DNA of 64,000 nucleotides from a virus (Duplodnaviria; Heunggongvirae; Uroviricota; Caudoviricetes): IMG/VR virus record IMGVR_UViG_2579778842_000017, positions 5,703 to 69,702 of that record; one strand, 5' to 3'. Shown piece by piece: positions 22,452 to 32,070 of this stretch (position 1 is its first letter; each line of letters starts with the position of its first letter). The notes under the pieces were generated by a model. It saw only the letters and a program-made list of their open reading frames with translations, ran no database searches and was not told where the DNA came from. The position numbers and the translations under genes were made by a program.

Positions 22452-22888
22452 GCAGCCCGATCTCCCCATCGCGCTTTCCACTCCAGAGCCAGTCGCGCTT
22501 CGTCTGACCACTTAACGCCACGCTCTGTACCGAATGCCTGTATAAGCTCTAATAACTCCGCAAATTCGCTTACACGCATCCTGCTGGTTGACTGGCCTAT
22601 TACCACAAAGCCATTCCCGGCAAGGTTAGGAACAACGTCCTGCTGCTTTAATGCTGCGGTAAACACACACTTCCAGCTTTCTGCATCCAGCCGGCGACCA
22701 TGCCATTCAACCTGACGCGAAACGTCACCAAGGCAAGCCCAAAGCTTCCGATTTTGGTCTAAGCTGCGGTTGTGCTCCTGAATGGTTACTACTATTGGTT
22801 TGGTTGGGTCTGGAAGGATTTGCTGTACTGCGTGAATAGCGTTTTGCTGATGTGCTGGAGATCGAATTTCAAAGGTTAGTTTTTTCAT
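22448..22888 (-). CDS. ninB: NinB recombination protein
   Basis: 146 aa, recalled as near-identical to lambda NinB. Confidence 0.9.
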   Translation of the reverse strand: MKKLTFEIRSPAHQQNAIHAVQQILPDPTKPIVVTIQEHNRSLDQNRKLWACLGDVSRQVEWHGRRLDAESWKCVFTAALKQQDVVPNLAGNGFVVIGQSTSRMRVSEFAELLELIQAFGTERGVKWSDEARLALEWKARWGDRAA

Positions 22889-23081
22889 GACTTCCCTCTC
22901 TAACAGATTTCAGGTTATTCCACTCCGTTACCGCACTGCGATAATTCGCGGCCGCCACAGCGGCGTGGTTAGCGCAGTAGATTTGGCACCCGTTCTCCAT
23001 GTCTAATATTGTCGGTGATTTTCCGCATTTACATTTTTTGGCACGCGGTGCGTCTGAACACATTCCGTTAACGGTGTTCAT
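22869..23081 (-). CDS. small Cys-rich nin-region protein
   Basis: 70 aa with CKCGK...CQIYC putative zinc ribbon; immediately upstream of ninB. Confidence 0.4.
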   Translation of the reverse strand: MNTVNGMCSDAPRAKKCKCGKSPTILDMENGCQIYCANHAAVAAANYRSAVTEWNNLKSVREGSHEKTNL

Positions 23082-23162
23082 CAGGATCCCCCTCGTTCTT
23101 AATCCAATAAAAAAGGGCTACTGTGTAAATAGCCCCTATTATTAGCTCAGTGATGTAGATGG

Positions 23163-25556
23163 TCATACGTCCGCCCCTTGTGCATATCGTCTGCCACGCG
23201 CAGCAGGCGCATTTGATGCTGTGCAAATCTGTCTGGCTTCATCCTGGTCACATGCAACAAAGTGTCCGTTGCAGAACCGCTGGTAAACCGTACCAAGTGA
23301 GCCAAAACGGTTTTTCGTCACGATGATTTCAGCAAATGGCGCGGCGCTACTGTTCTCGTCATATACCGCTTCCCGATAGAGCATGATGATTGAGTCTGCG
23401 TCCTGCTCAATGCTTCCTGAATCACGCAAATCTGCGTTTGTCGGGCGTTTGTTTGGTCGCTTCTCAACATCGCGCGAAAGCTGACTTAGGGAGATAACAG
23501 GCGTTTTCAAGTCTTTCGCCATCGCCTTCAGGCTTCCTGAGATGTGAGCAATTGCGAGGTCGTTGCGGTCTGCTTTCGGCTTCTCAATCAGGCCAAGATA
23601 ATCCGCCATGATGAGTGAGAGGTTTGGATTTTCCTGTTTGTGCCGTTCTGCGATTGAGCGTATTTCTTCGACCGATAACCGCGAGGCATCGACTACCCAT
23701 ACATCCAAATCCGCTAGCTGACTCATGCCGTTAGCAACACGTGCCCAGCCCTCGTCATCCATCGATGCAGGATTTCGCAGTACGCTAACCGACATCCTCC
23801 CGGCGTTGGCAATGCTTCGCTCTGCAATCTGCAATGCGCTCATTTCCATTGAGAAAATCAATACCCCGCGCCGGACGTCAGAACCAGGAATAACGCGGCT
23901 TGCAACGCCTTCGGCAATCTTCAGCGCCAGTTCCGTATTGTGCGTAACGATGTAATCCGTTGTCACATAGAGATGGCTAGGATGGCTTACCATGATGCAG
24001 AGACACTCTTCTGGCTCAACAACTTCAACCGATTTGATACCCACACCAAGGTCGCCAAGCCTGTTAATCCCGAGATTTTTGCGTAAACGTGGTGAGTGAA
24101 TTTGCTCTATCAAAGATGATGGCAACTTCATGCTGACCATGTGTGCATCAAGTCCGTCGTGCTTCTCTCCTTTGTACGTGTAAACTATTCCCGTCCTGCT
24201 GGATTCTTTGGCGGTTCCACCTAAAGATCTAACAAGCCTTACTAATCCTTTAGCTAATTTCTGACTGGATGAACTAAAGCGGATGCATCCGGACTTCTCA
24301 ACCCAGCCATCTGTCTCGAGAAGGCCAGTTAAAACACCGGTACGTATTTCTTTGCTAGCACTAAAAATTTCTGCTGGGATTTCCTTCTCGGACGCACCTT
24401 TCCCGATCACCCCAATGCCACGTAGTTTGTCCAATAGTGGGTTCTTCTGGCCTTTTTGGTTGCTTATCAAATAATCATTCTCTCCTACCTTAACCAGTCG
24501 CAATGGTGCAATTGCATCACTCATGCGGCTCAGGACATATTCTTCCGAGTTGGTGAATTTGATGCCTTTTATCAACGAACCGTCACCAAGTAGAGCCCCA
24601 ATAACCCAACCATCAAGGGGAATATTTTTACCAAAGTCTCCGGTCAAGGATGGCACTCTTATTCTTCCCTGATAACGTGTTTTTTGTAGCATCCCAGCCA
24701 GCGCATCAGTATCAACAACGCGTTTACCAGTAAATCTTGATGATGAAATTTCCCATAAGTGGTTGTCGGCACATTTCACGCTACGTCCGTCTTCAAAGGT
24801 GACTAAATATGTGAATTTCTTCCCTTGTGGGAAGACGCCAATTACCTCCGAAGGAAGCCCGTCTATTGACGCGATGCGATCGCCAATTTTGACTTCTCCG
24901 TGAGTAGTCCAGGTGCCATCTGCAAGTAAAATCCCTTCGCTTAGCGCCATTGCTTTCCCCATACCAGGACGAGCAGCGATTATCACCAGGTCTTCCGCGT
25001 TCATCCCTCCGGTGATGGCATCAAGTTCTTCGATTCCGGTCTTCAGGGTATCGGACTCTTCTCCGTTCCTCAGACGCCTGTCAAGCGTGTCAGTGTAGTC
25101 AGTAATGATTTCCCCTAACCGTACAGGTTTTACCTCGTCACGGGGCTTTCTGATAGCTGAGAGACGTTTTACAAGTTCATCCATCGCCTGACTCGATGCG
25201 TCGATGGTTCCGCTCTGAATTGGTTCACGCATTTCATCCATGATTTCCAGCACCAGACGGCGGTGATAGTTATCCGCGACCATTCCGGCATATCCCTTCA
25301 GGTTTGCGGCACTCGGGCAGTTTTTGCTGGTCATCAGGATTGACGTGAAATGCTCCTCTCCGCACGCCTCGGCAACCATCAGCGCATCGATTAGGTTTCT
25401 GTTTCTCGCCTGCTTGCGGATAACCTCGAAGGCTTTCCGGTAGAGCGGAATTGAAAACGCTTCCGGCTCCAGCGTTGCCAGAACGTCGCTGGCGGTTGGT
25501 GTTAATCCACCAATCAGCAGGCCACCGATAACGCTCGCTTCGATATCCTGTCTCAT
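23163..25556 (-). CDS. replicative DnaB-type helicase interrupted by an intein
   Basis: 797 aa versus about 460 aa for phage DnaB; Walker A ARPGMGK is split from [10 protein letters not shown] by about 339 aa carrying two LAGLIDADG motifs. Confidence 0.8.
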   Translation of the reverse strand: MRQDIEASVIGGLLIGGLTPTASDVLATLEPEAFSIPLYRKAFEVIRKQARNRNLIDALMVAEACGEEHFTSILMTSKNCPSAANLKGYAGMVADNYHRRLVLEIMDEMREPIQSGTIDASSQAMDELVKRLSAIRKPRDEVKPVRLGEIITDYTDTLDRRLRNGEESDTLKTGIEELDAITGGMNAEDLVIIAARPGMGKAMALSEGILLADGTWTTHGEVKIGDRIASIDGLPSEVIGVFPQGKKFTYLVTFEDGRSVKCADNHLWEISSSRFTGKRVVDTDALAGMLQKTRYQGRIRVPSLTGDFGKNIPLDGWVIGALLGDGSLIKGIKFTNSEEYVLSRMSDAIAPLRLVKVGENDYLISNQKGQKNPLLDKLRGIGVIGKGASEKEIPAEIFSASKEIRTGVLTGLLETDGWVEKSGCIRFSSSSQKLAKGLVRLVRSLGGTAKESSRTGIVYTYKGEKHDGLDAHMVSMKLPSSLIEQIHSPRLRKNLGINRLGDLGVGIKSVEVVEPEECLCIMVSHPSHLYVTTDYIVTHNTELALKIAEGVASRVIPGSDVRRGVLIFSMEMSALQIAERSIANAGRMSVSVLRNPASMDDEGWARVANGMSQLADLDVWVVDASRLSVEEIRSIAERHKQENPNLSLIMADYLGLIEKPKADRNDLAIAHISGSLKAMAKDLKTPVISLSQLSRDVEKRPNKRPTNADLRDSGSIEQDADSIIMLYREAVYDENSSAAPFAEIIVTKNRFGSLGTVYQRFCNGHFVACDQDEARQICTASNAPAARGRRYAQGADV
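23937..24953 (-). other. intein with LAGLIDADG homing endonuclease domain inside the helicase P-loop
   Basis: Residues about 202-540: begins [13 protein letters not shown] after GMGK, ends IVTHN before Thr+1; motifs [10 protein letters not shown] and [11 protein letters not shown]. Confidence 0.6.
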
Positions 25557-26374
25557 GCAATCCCCCTGTCTGCAAACTTCCCTTCCCGTACTCCCGTTAA
25601 CGAATCTTCCCTCAGCAGGTAATCAAAATCAGCTGTCCAGCCCGTGTCGTTGTCTCCGAAGTAAAACGGCTTGGCCTGATGCACAAACGCCCTGACATAC
25701 GCTCTGAAACCGTCCACGTTTGGCGTTTTCAGTTGCGGGATGATTTTCTTCAGGCGGCGTTTGCGTTTCTCGTTGACCGCAACAGCGTGTGGCAGTCTGT
25801 CACCGACTTCGGTGTTGTAGGCGTTCAGGAAGGATTCGTAGTCGATTCGTTCTGCCTTGCGACGTTCAGGTTTAACCTGCCCATCGCCACCCCCGTTAGG
25901 GGGTAAGGGGGTATTTGTATTTATTGTCTTTTGTATATTGTCTTTTGTGTTTAGCTGACTTGGCTTATACCCATTAGCCGACTTGGCTAATGTTTTATTA
26001 GCTGTTTTAGCTAATGTTAAGCTGTCCTGGCTAATCCACTGAGAAACCACCTTGTTCACTCCGATTTTCACGCCATCAGCAATGAGGAATTTACGCTCGA
26101 TAAGCTGGCGCTTGGCAGCGCAAACATGAGTGTGATGAATACCTGTCATGGCTGCTATCTGCGTGTTTGTGAGTCGATCCATCGGCTTATTGAATCCGTA
26201 TGTCTTGCGCATGATAGCGAGCATCACCTTCAACTGCCGGACGGTTAAATCAGCCATCAGCAGACTGTCGGTAATCTCGTTAGCAACGCGCATGAAACCA
26301 TCTTCGGTATCTGCCACGCGATGCTCCACGACCTCAAGTTGAGGCCTGTAATCAGCTAACTTAACGACGCCCAT
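25553..26374 (-). CDS. replication initiator, lambda O / P22 gp18-like
   Basis: 273 aa; N-terminal helix-turn-helix-like region, internal repeat-encoding linker, overlaps the helicase start. Confidence 0.75.
   Translation of the reverse strand: MGVVKLADYRPQLEVVEHRVADTEDGFMRVANEITDSLLMADLTVRQLKVMLAIMRKTYGFNKPMDRLTNTQIAAMTGIHHTHVCAAKRQLIERKFLIADGVKIGVNKVVSQWISQDSLTLAKTANKTLAKSANGYKPSQLNTKDNIQKTINTNTPLPPNGGGDGQVKPERRKAERIDYESFLNAYNTEVGDRLPHAVAVNEKRKRRLKKIIPQLKTPNVDGFRAYVRAFVHQAKPFYFGDNDTGWTADFDYLLREDSLTGVREGKFADRGIA
25923..26030. repeat. iteron-like direct repeats inside the O-like gene (candidate origin)
   Basis: ATTGTCTTTTGT twice (25923, 25937), GACTTGGCT twice, several TAGCT/TTAGC repeats; lambda ori lies inside O. 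Confidence 0.4.
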
Positions 26375-26522
26375 GTTTCACTCCTGCTTTGGCTAGTCTG
26401 TAAACACCAACAAGGCGCTCTGCGAACGCCCTGTTATTTGCTGCGGCTACCACTAATCCCTCGGGTGAATCAGGGTGTCGAATATCTTCTTTTTCCTGGT
26501 ATTTCTTACGACGTTTTGTCAT
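26361..26522 (-). CDS. small basic hypothetical protein between cII and O
   Basis: 53 aa ORF translated by hand (MTKRRKKYQEKEDIRHPDSPEGLVV...), AGGAG ribosome-binding site, 3' end overlaps the O start. Confidence 0.3.
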   Translation of the reverse strand: MTKRRKKYQEKEDIRHPDSPEGLVVAAANNRAFAERLVGVYRLAKAGVKHGRR

Positions 26523-26556
26523 AATTACTCCTGTGGATTGATCCAGTCTTTCTACA

Positions 26557-26835
26557 TCAGGCCTCGAAGAATTCGCCGTTCTTCGGGGCTTTTTCTTTTG
26601 TCAGCATTCTGGCTACTTTCTTAGCCAGTTCCGCCAACTCCTCGTCTTCAACACCCCATTCAAGAACAGCCAGAAGCATTCCCATTTTTGGGATGAAGCT
26701 GTCTTTCCATCGCGAAATTTGCGATTCATTAATCCCTAACGCGTCGGCAACCTTTCGCTGACCACGTACAGCAATTCGATTCAGGATGTTGCTTGTAATT
26801 GCATTCGCTTTCTTGCGAGTACTTGTAAGTTGCAT
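26557..26835 (-). CDS. cII: CII-type transcriptional activator
   Basis: 92 aa; SQISRWK...IPKMGMLLAVLEWGV closely parallels lambda CII. Confidence 0.85.
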   Translation of the reverse strand: MQLTSTRKKANAITSNILNRIAVRGQRKVADALGINESQISRWKDSFIPKMGMLLAVLEWGVEDEELAELAKKVARMLTKEKAPKNGEFFEA

Positions 26836-26895
26836 ATGTAAGTATTTCCTTAACTAATAAGAAGTTATGCGCATCAACTTATGCGCGTTGTATTC

Positions 26896-26933
26896 CCGCA
26901 TTTCGGCGGGAATGAGGACCATGACTGTTAAAG
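26896..26933 (-). promoter_or_regulatory. nutR-like site (boxA GCTCTTTAACA and boxB hairpin)
   Basis: Between cro and cII; boxB CCCGCCGAAATGCGGG identical to the plus-strand copy upstream of N. Confidence 0.5.
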
Positions 26934-26943
26934 AGCAATTTGC

Positions 26944-27129
26944 TTATGCCGCTTTGCGGTAAGCGCTTTCTTGATACTTCAGGGCGCCAGCTGTAACGAC
27001 TTCCAGTCGATAGGCGTCTTTCTCTGGGATGACTTCCTTCCACTGAGAGACTGCTGAATCGCTAATGCCTAACGCTTTAGCTACAGCACGCTGGGTTCCG
27101 AAGTGGTCGATAACATCTTTCTTGTACAT
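26944..27129 (-). CDS. cro: Cro repressor (P22-type)
   Basis: 61 aa, divergent from c2 across the operator region. Confidence 0.85.
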   Translation of the reverse strand: MYKKDVIDHFGTQRAVAKALGISDSAVSQWKEVIPEKDAYRLEVVTAGALKYQESAYRKAA

Positions 27130-27143
27130 AGACTCGCTCCGAA

Positions 27144-27209
27144 ATTAAAGAACACTTAAATTATCCACTAAAGGAATCTTAAGTCAAGTTTATTTAAGAT
27201 GTCTTAACT
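27144..27209. promoter_or_regulatory. OR operator cluster (three 18-bp P22-type sites) with PR/PRM
   Basis: ATTAAAGAACACTTAAAT (27144), ACTAAAGGAATCTTAAGT (27167), ATTTAAGATGTCTTAACT (27192); last abuts the c2 start codon. Confidence 0.6.
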
Positions 27210-27860
27210 ATGAAAACTCAATTGATGGGAGAGCGCATTCGCGCTCGGAGAAAAGAACTCAAGATCAGGCAGGCCGCACTTGGAAAGATGGTCGGCGTGT
27301 CTAATGTTGCCATATCTCAGTGGGAACGCTCTGAGACAGAGCCAAATGGAGAGAATCTTCTCGCCCTGGCTAATGCGTTGAAGTGTTCCCCTGACTATCT
27401 GATGAAAGGAGAGGAAAGTCTTTCAAACATTGCCTATCACAGTAGGCATGATCCAAGAGGGTCATACCCTCTGATTAGCTGGGTGAGCGCAGGATGCTGG
27501 ATGGAAGCTGTAGAACCATATCATAAGCGTGCAATAGATAACTGGTACGATACAACCGTAGACTGTTCAGAAGATTCGTTTTGGTTGGACGTGAAGGGAG
27601 ACTCAATGACGGCTCCGGCCGGTCTCAGTATCCCTGAAGGAATGATAATACTCGTCGATCCTGAAGTAGAGCCGCGTAACGGGAAACTGGTAGTTGCAAA
27701 GCTCGAAGGAGAAAACGAGGCAACTTTCAAGAAGTTAGTTATTGATGCAGGCAGGAAGTTTCTAAAACCACTTAACCCACAATATCCGATGATCGAGATC
27801 AACGGAAACTGCAAAATCATCGGCGTAGTTGTCGATGCAAAACTAGCAAACCTTCCATAA
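27210..27860 (+). CDS. c2: prophage repressor C2 (LexA-like S24 autopeptidase)
   Basis: 216 aa; N-terminal helix-turn-helix, C-terminal VKGDSM (Ser) and FKKL (Lys) self-cleavage motifs. Confidence 0.9.
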   Translation: MKTQLMGERIRARRKELKIRQAALGKMVGVSNVAISQWERSETEPNGENLLALANALKCSPDYLMKGEESLSNIAYHSRHDPRGSYPLISWVSAGCWMEAVEPYHKRAIDNWYDTTVDCSEDSFWLDVKGDSMTAPAGLSIPEGMIILVDPEVEPRNGKLVVAKLEGENEATFKKLVIDAGRKFLKPLNPQYPMIEINGNCKIIGVVVDAKLANLP

Positions 27861-27884
27861 GGGGGCATTCGCCCCTTTTTTTTA
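27861..27884 (+). terminator. intrinsic terminator after c2
   Basis: GGGGC-ATTC-GCCCC hairpin followed by T8. Confidence 0.6.
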
Positions 27885-27926
27885 TTTCCTTTAAAAATCA
27901 AAGCCAAACTTAAGTTACGAAAGAAA

Positions 27927-27980
27927 ATTTAAGTTTTCTTCAAAAATACTCTTGACCATTAATTAAAGAGATCTTAAATT
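27927..27980 (+). promoter_or_regulatory. PL/OL region
   Basis: Operator-like ATTTAAGTTTTCTTCAAA and ATTAAAGAGATCTTAAAT; TTGACC -35 at 27952 with a TTAAAT-like -10. Confidence 0.45.
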
Positions 27981-28025
27981 TAAGCCATCAGCAGGACGCT
28001 GGTAGCCAAACGGAACAGATTGGCA

Positions 28026-28065
28026 GGCTCTTTAACATTGATGGGATTGTCCCGCCGAAATGCGG
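28026..28065 (+). promoter_or_regulatory. nutL-like site (boxA GCTCTTTAACA, boxB CCCGCCGAAATGCGGG)
   Basis: Upstream of the N-like gene; same boxB as nutR. Confidence 0.5.
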
Positions 28066-28209
28066 GAACCAAAGAGTAGTTGGCTTTGGGATTGGATGAA
28101 TGCGCAGGCTGATGCGCGCAGGAGAGCTTCGGGAGAACAAGGTGCCTGTAAATAAGCCGGAGTTCAGCACCGGCCATCCAATCGCCAAAGTCAATCATCG
28201 GAGGTCAAC

Positions 28210-28509
28210 ATGACAGTAGTCATTACATATCTGGCTGACGATAACGCCAGAAATCGCCGCAGAGCACGCAGACAGGCTCAACGTGAACAGGCAATGCAAG
28301 AGCAGCGATTGGCACGAAAAATTGCGCTAAAGCTCTCTGGTTGCGTCAGGGCAGATAAAGCAGCATCACTCGGAAGCCTTCGCTGCAAGAAGGTAGAAGA
28401 AGTCGAGAGTAAACAGAATCGTATTTACTACCGCAAGCCACGCAGTGAAATGGGTGTGACTTGTGTTGGTCGCCAGAAAATGAAATTAGGCAGCAAACCA
28501 CTTATTTGA
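28210..28509 (+). CDS. N-type antitermination protein (P22 gene 24-like)
   Basis: 99 aa; MTVVITY... start and arginine-rich motif NARNRRRARRQAQREQ. Confidence 0.7.
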   Translation: MTVVITYLADDNARNRRRARRQAQREQAMQEQRLARKIALKLSGCVRADKAASLGSLRCKKVEEVESKQNRIYYRKPRSEMGVTCVGRQKMKLGSKPLI

Positions 28510-28587
28510 GGTGAGATATGGAAGAAGAATTTGAAGAGTTCGAAGAGCATCCTCAGGATGTGATGGAACAATACCAGGACTATCCGT

Positions 28588-28788
28588 ATGACTACGACTA
28601 TTGATACAAATCAATGGTGTGGACAATTCAAGCGATGCAATGGGTGCAAGCTGCAATCGGAATGCATGGTTAAGCCTGAAGAAATGTTTCCTGTAATGGA
28701 AGATGGGAAATATGTCGATAAATGGGCAATACGAACGACGGCAATGATTGCCAGAGAACTTGGTAAACAGAACAACAAGGCTGCCTGA
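28588..28788 (+). CDS. small Cys-cluster protein
   Basis: 66 aa with CGQFKRCNGCKLQSEC; overlaps an alternative 28-aa acidic ORF (28518..28604), so the frame choice is uncertain. Confidence 0.3.
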   Translation: MTTTIDTNQWCGQFKRCNGCKLQSECMVKPEEMFPVMEDGKYVDKWAIRTTAMIARELGKQNNKAA

Positions 28789-28827
28789 TGGTGGCCTTTA
28801 TTTTTGACATAAACAACAGAGGTGAAC

Positions 28828-29118
28828 ATGGAATTTAAAGGTACTGAAGGTAAGTGGGAAATAATGATGGATGGCGATGAGATTAAAATCATCCAGGCAG
28901 ACTCACTTGAAAATGGCGCAGGCTGGCGTTCGTATATTGCAATCTGTGAGGAAGTTCAATGCATTGAAGATGCCAATCTAATAGTGGCAGCACCTGACCT
29001 TTTAAATGCCCTGAAAGCGATGCTAAACAAGGCATACAAGCAAAACTGGAATGACCATTATCCTGATGAAGTATCGAAAGCACAGTCAGCAATTAGCAAA
29101 GCTCTTGGAGATGAGTAA
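28828..29118 (+). CDS. hypothetical protein
   Basis: ATG after GAGGTGA ribosome-binding site (track ORF starts at a GTG at 28822). Confidence 0.4.
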   Translation: MEFKGTEGKWEIMMDGDEIKIIQADSLENGAGWRSYIAICEEVQCIEDANLIVAAPDLLNALKAMLNKAYKQNWNDHYPDEVSKAQSAISKALGDE

Positions 29119-29306
29119 TGAAAGTAAAAATAACTGCTTCTAATACCAGTTTTGTTAGTGTTGGTGATATTACAAAAATAATAACAAACCATGATGGAAC
29201 ACAAGTTATGTGGTCTGATTTCTGTAAAAGATATGAGCGAGTTAGTTGGTGTAAACTCGTATGGGGCGTCGAATACGAAGAATTACCTGAAATGCATGAC
29301 GAATAA
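29118..29306 (+). CDS. hypothetical protein
   Basis: 62 aa, ATG overlaps the upstream stop. Confidence 0.4.
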   Translation: MKVKITASNTSFVSVGDITKIITNHDGTQVMWSDFCKRYERVSWCKLVWGVEYEELPEMHDE

Positions 29307-29399
29307 GCACTGTGTATTCATTCCAACGAGTGAATACACGGAGCAATGTCGCTCGTAACTAAACAGGAGCCGACTTGTTCTGATTATTGGAAATCTTCT

Positions 29400-29428
29400 T
29401 TGCCCTCCAGTGTGAGGGCAGTTTTTTT
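29400..29428 (+). terminator. intrinsic terminator within the early-left operon
   Basis: GCCCTC-CAGTGT-GAGGGC hairpin followed by AGTTTTTTT. Confidence 0.45.
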
Positions 29429-29440
29429 GACGGAGGATAT

Positions 29441-30409
29441 ATGAGTGAAGTAACAGATTTAGTTGTTATTGAAAAAGCAAATGCAATGACTGTATTTCAG
29501 TCTGCCGACCAGATTGAAGAAATCCTTCAAAAGGTTGAACGTGAAGTTATGTCCTTTGTGCCTGATATCACAACGGCAAAGGGCAGAAAGGAGATCGCTT
29601 CTCTGGCGTATAAAGTTGCGCAGACGAAAACATATCTCGATGGTCTTGGCAAAGACCTTGTTGCTGAACTGAAGGAAATTCCAAAGCTAATTGATGCCAA
29701 CCGCAAGACAGTGCGTGATCGCCTTGATGAACTGAAAGCCAAGGCGCGCCAGCCTCTTACTGATTATGAGGAAGAACAGGCGCGGATTAAAGCCGAAGAA
29801 GAAGCTAAGGCAGCAGCTGAAGCTCTCGCAAAGCAAATTGAGTCTGACCATGAAATAGCGATTTTGATGGATCGCGAATTTGACCGCCAAAGAGAAGAGG
29901 CAAGACTCAAAGCGGAGCAGGAAAAGCGAGAGCATGAAGAACGCTTAAAAAGAGAAGCTGAAGAGAGAGCCAGAGCAGAAGCCGAAGCAAAGGCAAAAGC
30001 CGAAATTGAAGCAGCAGCAAGGCGAGAAGCAGAAGCAAAGGCCGCAGCGGAACGTGCAGAGCGTGAACGCATTGAAGCCGAGCAACGAGCACAGCGCGAA
30101 GCAAAAGAGGCAGCAGAACGAGCTGAAAGAGAAAAGCAGGCGGCAATTGAAGCAGAACGCCGAAAAGCACAGGAAGAGGCTGAACGAATCCGGCGCGAGG
30201 CTGAAGCAAAAGAGCAAGCCAGAATAGCAGAAGAAAAAAGAATCAAGGACGAAGAAGAGCGTAGAGCAAAGGATAAAGCTCACCGGAAAGAAGTAAATAA
30301 CAAAATACTTGCTGACCTTATCAAGGTTGGCGCATCAGAAGATGTTGCTAAAAATATCATAACAGCCATCGTAAAAGGCGAAGTATTCGCAACAAAAATA
30401 ACCTACTAA
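29441..30409 (+). CDS. coiled-coil protein with long Glu/Ala/Arg/Lys repeat region
   Basis: ATG after GGAGG ribosome-binding site (track ORF from 29387); residues about 120-300 are a low-complexity EAKAR repeat that spawns shadow ORFs on the other strand. Confidence 0.5.
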   Translation: MSEVTDLVVIEKANAMTVFQSADQIEEILQKVEREVMSFVPDITTAKGRKEIASLAYKVAQTKTYLDGLGKDLVAELKEIPKLIDANRKTVRDRLDELKAKARQPLTDYEEEQARIKAEEEAKAAAEALAKQIESDHEIAILMDREFDRQREEARLKAEQEKREHEERLKREAEERARAEAEAKAKAEIEAAARREAEAKAAAERAERERIEAEQRAQREAKEAAERAEREKQAAIEAERRKAQEEAERIRREAEAKEQARIAEEKRIKDEEERRAKDKAHRKEVNNKILADLIKVGASEDVAKNIITAIVKGEVFATKITY

Positions 30410-30433
30410 TAAAACCAACATAAGGAACCACCC

Positions 30434-30580
30434 ATGATTTACGCAATCGCGGGAGGCGCTCGCATGGGTGCCTTCCAATTAAATGAATCTTTACTTGAAC
30501 GAATCACCCGTAAATTACGTGACGGATGGAAACGACTCATCGACGTACTTAATCAGCCAGGAGTTCCAAAAAATGGATAA
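30434..30580 (+). CDS. cIII: CIII (protease inhibitor)
   Basis: 48 aa ORF below the track cutoff, translated by hand: ...ESLLERITRKLRDGWKRLIDVLNQPGVPKNG, matching lambda CIII. Confidence 0.75.
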   Translation: MIYAIAGGARMGAFQLNESLLERITRKLRDGWKRLIDVLNQPGVPKNG

Positions 30581-30686
30581 AACACTTATGGCTATTCAGA
30601 CTAAATTCACTATCGCCACTTTTATTGGCGATGAAAAGATGTTTCGTGAGGCCGTCGAAGCCTACAGAAAATGGAGGTCTAAATGA
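30573..30686 (+). CDS. kil: Kil-like small protein
   Basis: Internal Met of track ORF 30483..30686: MDKTLMAIQTKFTIATFIGDEKMFREAVEAYRKW..., as recalled for lambda Kil; AGGAG ribosome-binding site. Confidence 0.6.
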   Translation: MDKTLMAIQTKFTIATFIGDEKMFREAVEAYRKWRSK

Positions 30687-30871
30687 TTCCGGTAGAGCTG
30701 GCGAAAACTCCAGAGTTAAGTCGATTAAAAAGAGAATATCACATTGCTGAGGCTCGTTACTGGCGTAAAGCGGGAGATAAATCAAAGAAACAACTTTGTT
30801 TATGGCAAGCACAAAGAGAGCGCATGAATGAGCGCGAATTTCTTTCCTCCCCATCCGAATTACCATTCTGA
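30683..30871 (+). CDS. hypothetical protein
   Basis: 62 aa, ATGA overlap with the upstream gene. Confidence 0.4.
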   Translation: MIPVELAKTPELSRLKREYHIAEARYWRKAGDKSKKQLCLWQAQRERMNEREFLSSPSELPF

Positions 30872-30879
30872 GGTGAATT

Positions 30880-31587
30880 ATGGATTTGAACAAATTCGAT
30901 GAGCCATTCAGCCCTGAAGATATCGAATGGCGAATACAGCAAAGCGGTAAAACACGCGATGGCAAGGTGTGGGCTATGGTGCTGGCTTATGTCACGAACC
31001 GGGCAATCATGAAACGCCTGGACGATGTTTGCGGCAAAGCAGGATGGCGCAATGAATACCGCGATATTCCCAACAACGGCGGCGTTGAATGCGGCATATC
31101 AATCAGGATTGATTCCGAATGGGTAACCAAATGGGATGCTGCTGAAAACACGCAGGTAGAAGCCGTCAAAGGTGGTCGTTCAGGTGCAATGAAGCGTGCT
31201 GCCGTTCAGTGGGGAATCGGTCGGTATCTGTATAACCTTGAGGAAGGTTTCGCACAAACATCTCTTGATAAAAAGCATGGGTGGCACAGGGCAAAACTGA
31301 AGGATGGAACAGGATTTTACTGGCTCCCTCCATCGCTGCCGGTATGGGCAATCCCAGCATCAGATAACAAACCATCACCAGAAAATACCAACCAGAAATC
31401 TCCATCGGTTGACTGCGAACAAATCCTGAAAGACTTCAGCGATTATGCGTCAACAGAAACTGACAAGAAAAAACTCATCGAGCGTTATCAGCGTGACTGG
31501 CAATTAATGGCTGGCAACGAGGAGGCGCAGGCTAAATGCGTTCAGGTAATGAACATCAGAGTTAACGAACTAAAACAGGCGGCATAA
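30880..31587 (+). CDS. Rad52-like single-strand annealing protein
   Basis: 235 aa; core resembles Rad52/Sak-type proteins; immediately followed by ssb. Confidence 0.7.
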   Translation: MDLNKFDEPFSPEDIEWRIQQSGKTRDGKVWAMVLAYVTNRAIMKRLDDVCGKAGWRNEYRDIPNNGGVECGISIRIDSEWVTKWDAAENTQVEAVKGGRSGAMKRAAVQWGIGRYLYNLEEGFAQTSLDKKHGWHRAKLKDGTGFYWLPPSLPVWAIPASDNKPSPENTNQKSPSVDCEQILKDFSDYASTETDKKKLIERYQRDWQLMAGNEEAQAKCVQVMNIRVNELKQAA

Positions 31588-32061
31588 ATGGCAAGCAGAG
31601 GCGTAAATAAGGTGATCATTATTGGTCGCCTTGGGCATGATCCAGAAATCAGATATTCACCATCAGGAACGGCATTTGCAAACCTTACAGTTGCTACGTC
31701 AGAACAATGGCGTGATAAGCAAACTGGAGAGCAAAAGGAGCAGACGGAGTGGCACCGCGTGGTAATGAGCGGAAAACTGGCAGAAATTGCCGGCGAATAT
31801 CTGCGAAAAGGCTCTGAGGTTTATCTTGAAGGAAAATTGCGGACAAGAAAATGGCAGGATCAAAGCGGACAGGAGCGGTTCACTACCGAAGTCATCGTGG
31901 GCGTTGGTGGAACCATGCAAATGCTTGGTGGCAAGCAAGGAGGCAATGAACAGTCTTCACCTCAGCGAAATAACGGTCAGCAACAAAGGCAGCAACCTCA
32001 GCAGCAGGGAAATCACAGCGAACCACCTATGAACTTCGACGATTCGGATATTCCGTTCTAG
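31588..32061 (+). CDS. ssb: single-stranded DNA-binding protein
   Basis: 157 aa; OB-fold N-terminus, Gly/Gln-rich tail ending DDSDIPF. Confidence 0.9.
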   Translation: MASRGVNKVIIIGRLGHDPEIRYSPSGTAFANLTVATSEQWRDKQTGEQKEQTEWHRVVMSGKLAEIAGEYLRKGSEVYLEGKLRTRKWQDQSGQERFTTEVIVGVGGTMQMLGGKQGGNEQSSPQRNNGQQQRQQPQQQGNHSEPPMNFDDSDIPF

Positions 32062-32070
32062 GAGCTGAAT

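Noticed and set aside
28518-28604. 28-aa acidic ORF (MEEEFEEFEEHPQDVMEQYQDYPYDYDY) after the N-like gene
   Set aside because: Has a GAGGTGA ribosome-binding site but overlaps the 66-aa ORF in another frame; cannot choose between them from sequence alone, so only the track ORF is listed, at low confidence.
29527-30283. Cluster of overlapping ORFs on both strands (track entries 29527..29742, 29687..29935, 29764..30246, 29907..30209, 29945..30283, 30006..30227)
   Set aside because: All lie within the low-complexity repeat of the 29441..30409 gene; they are frame shadows of a GC-skewed repeat, with no ribosome-binding sites.
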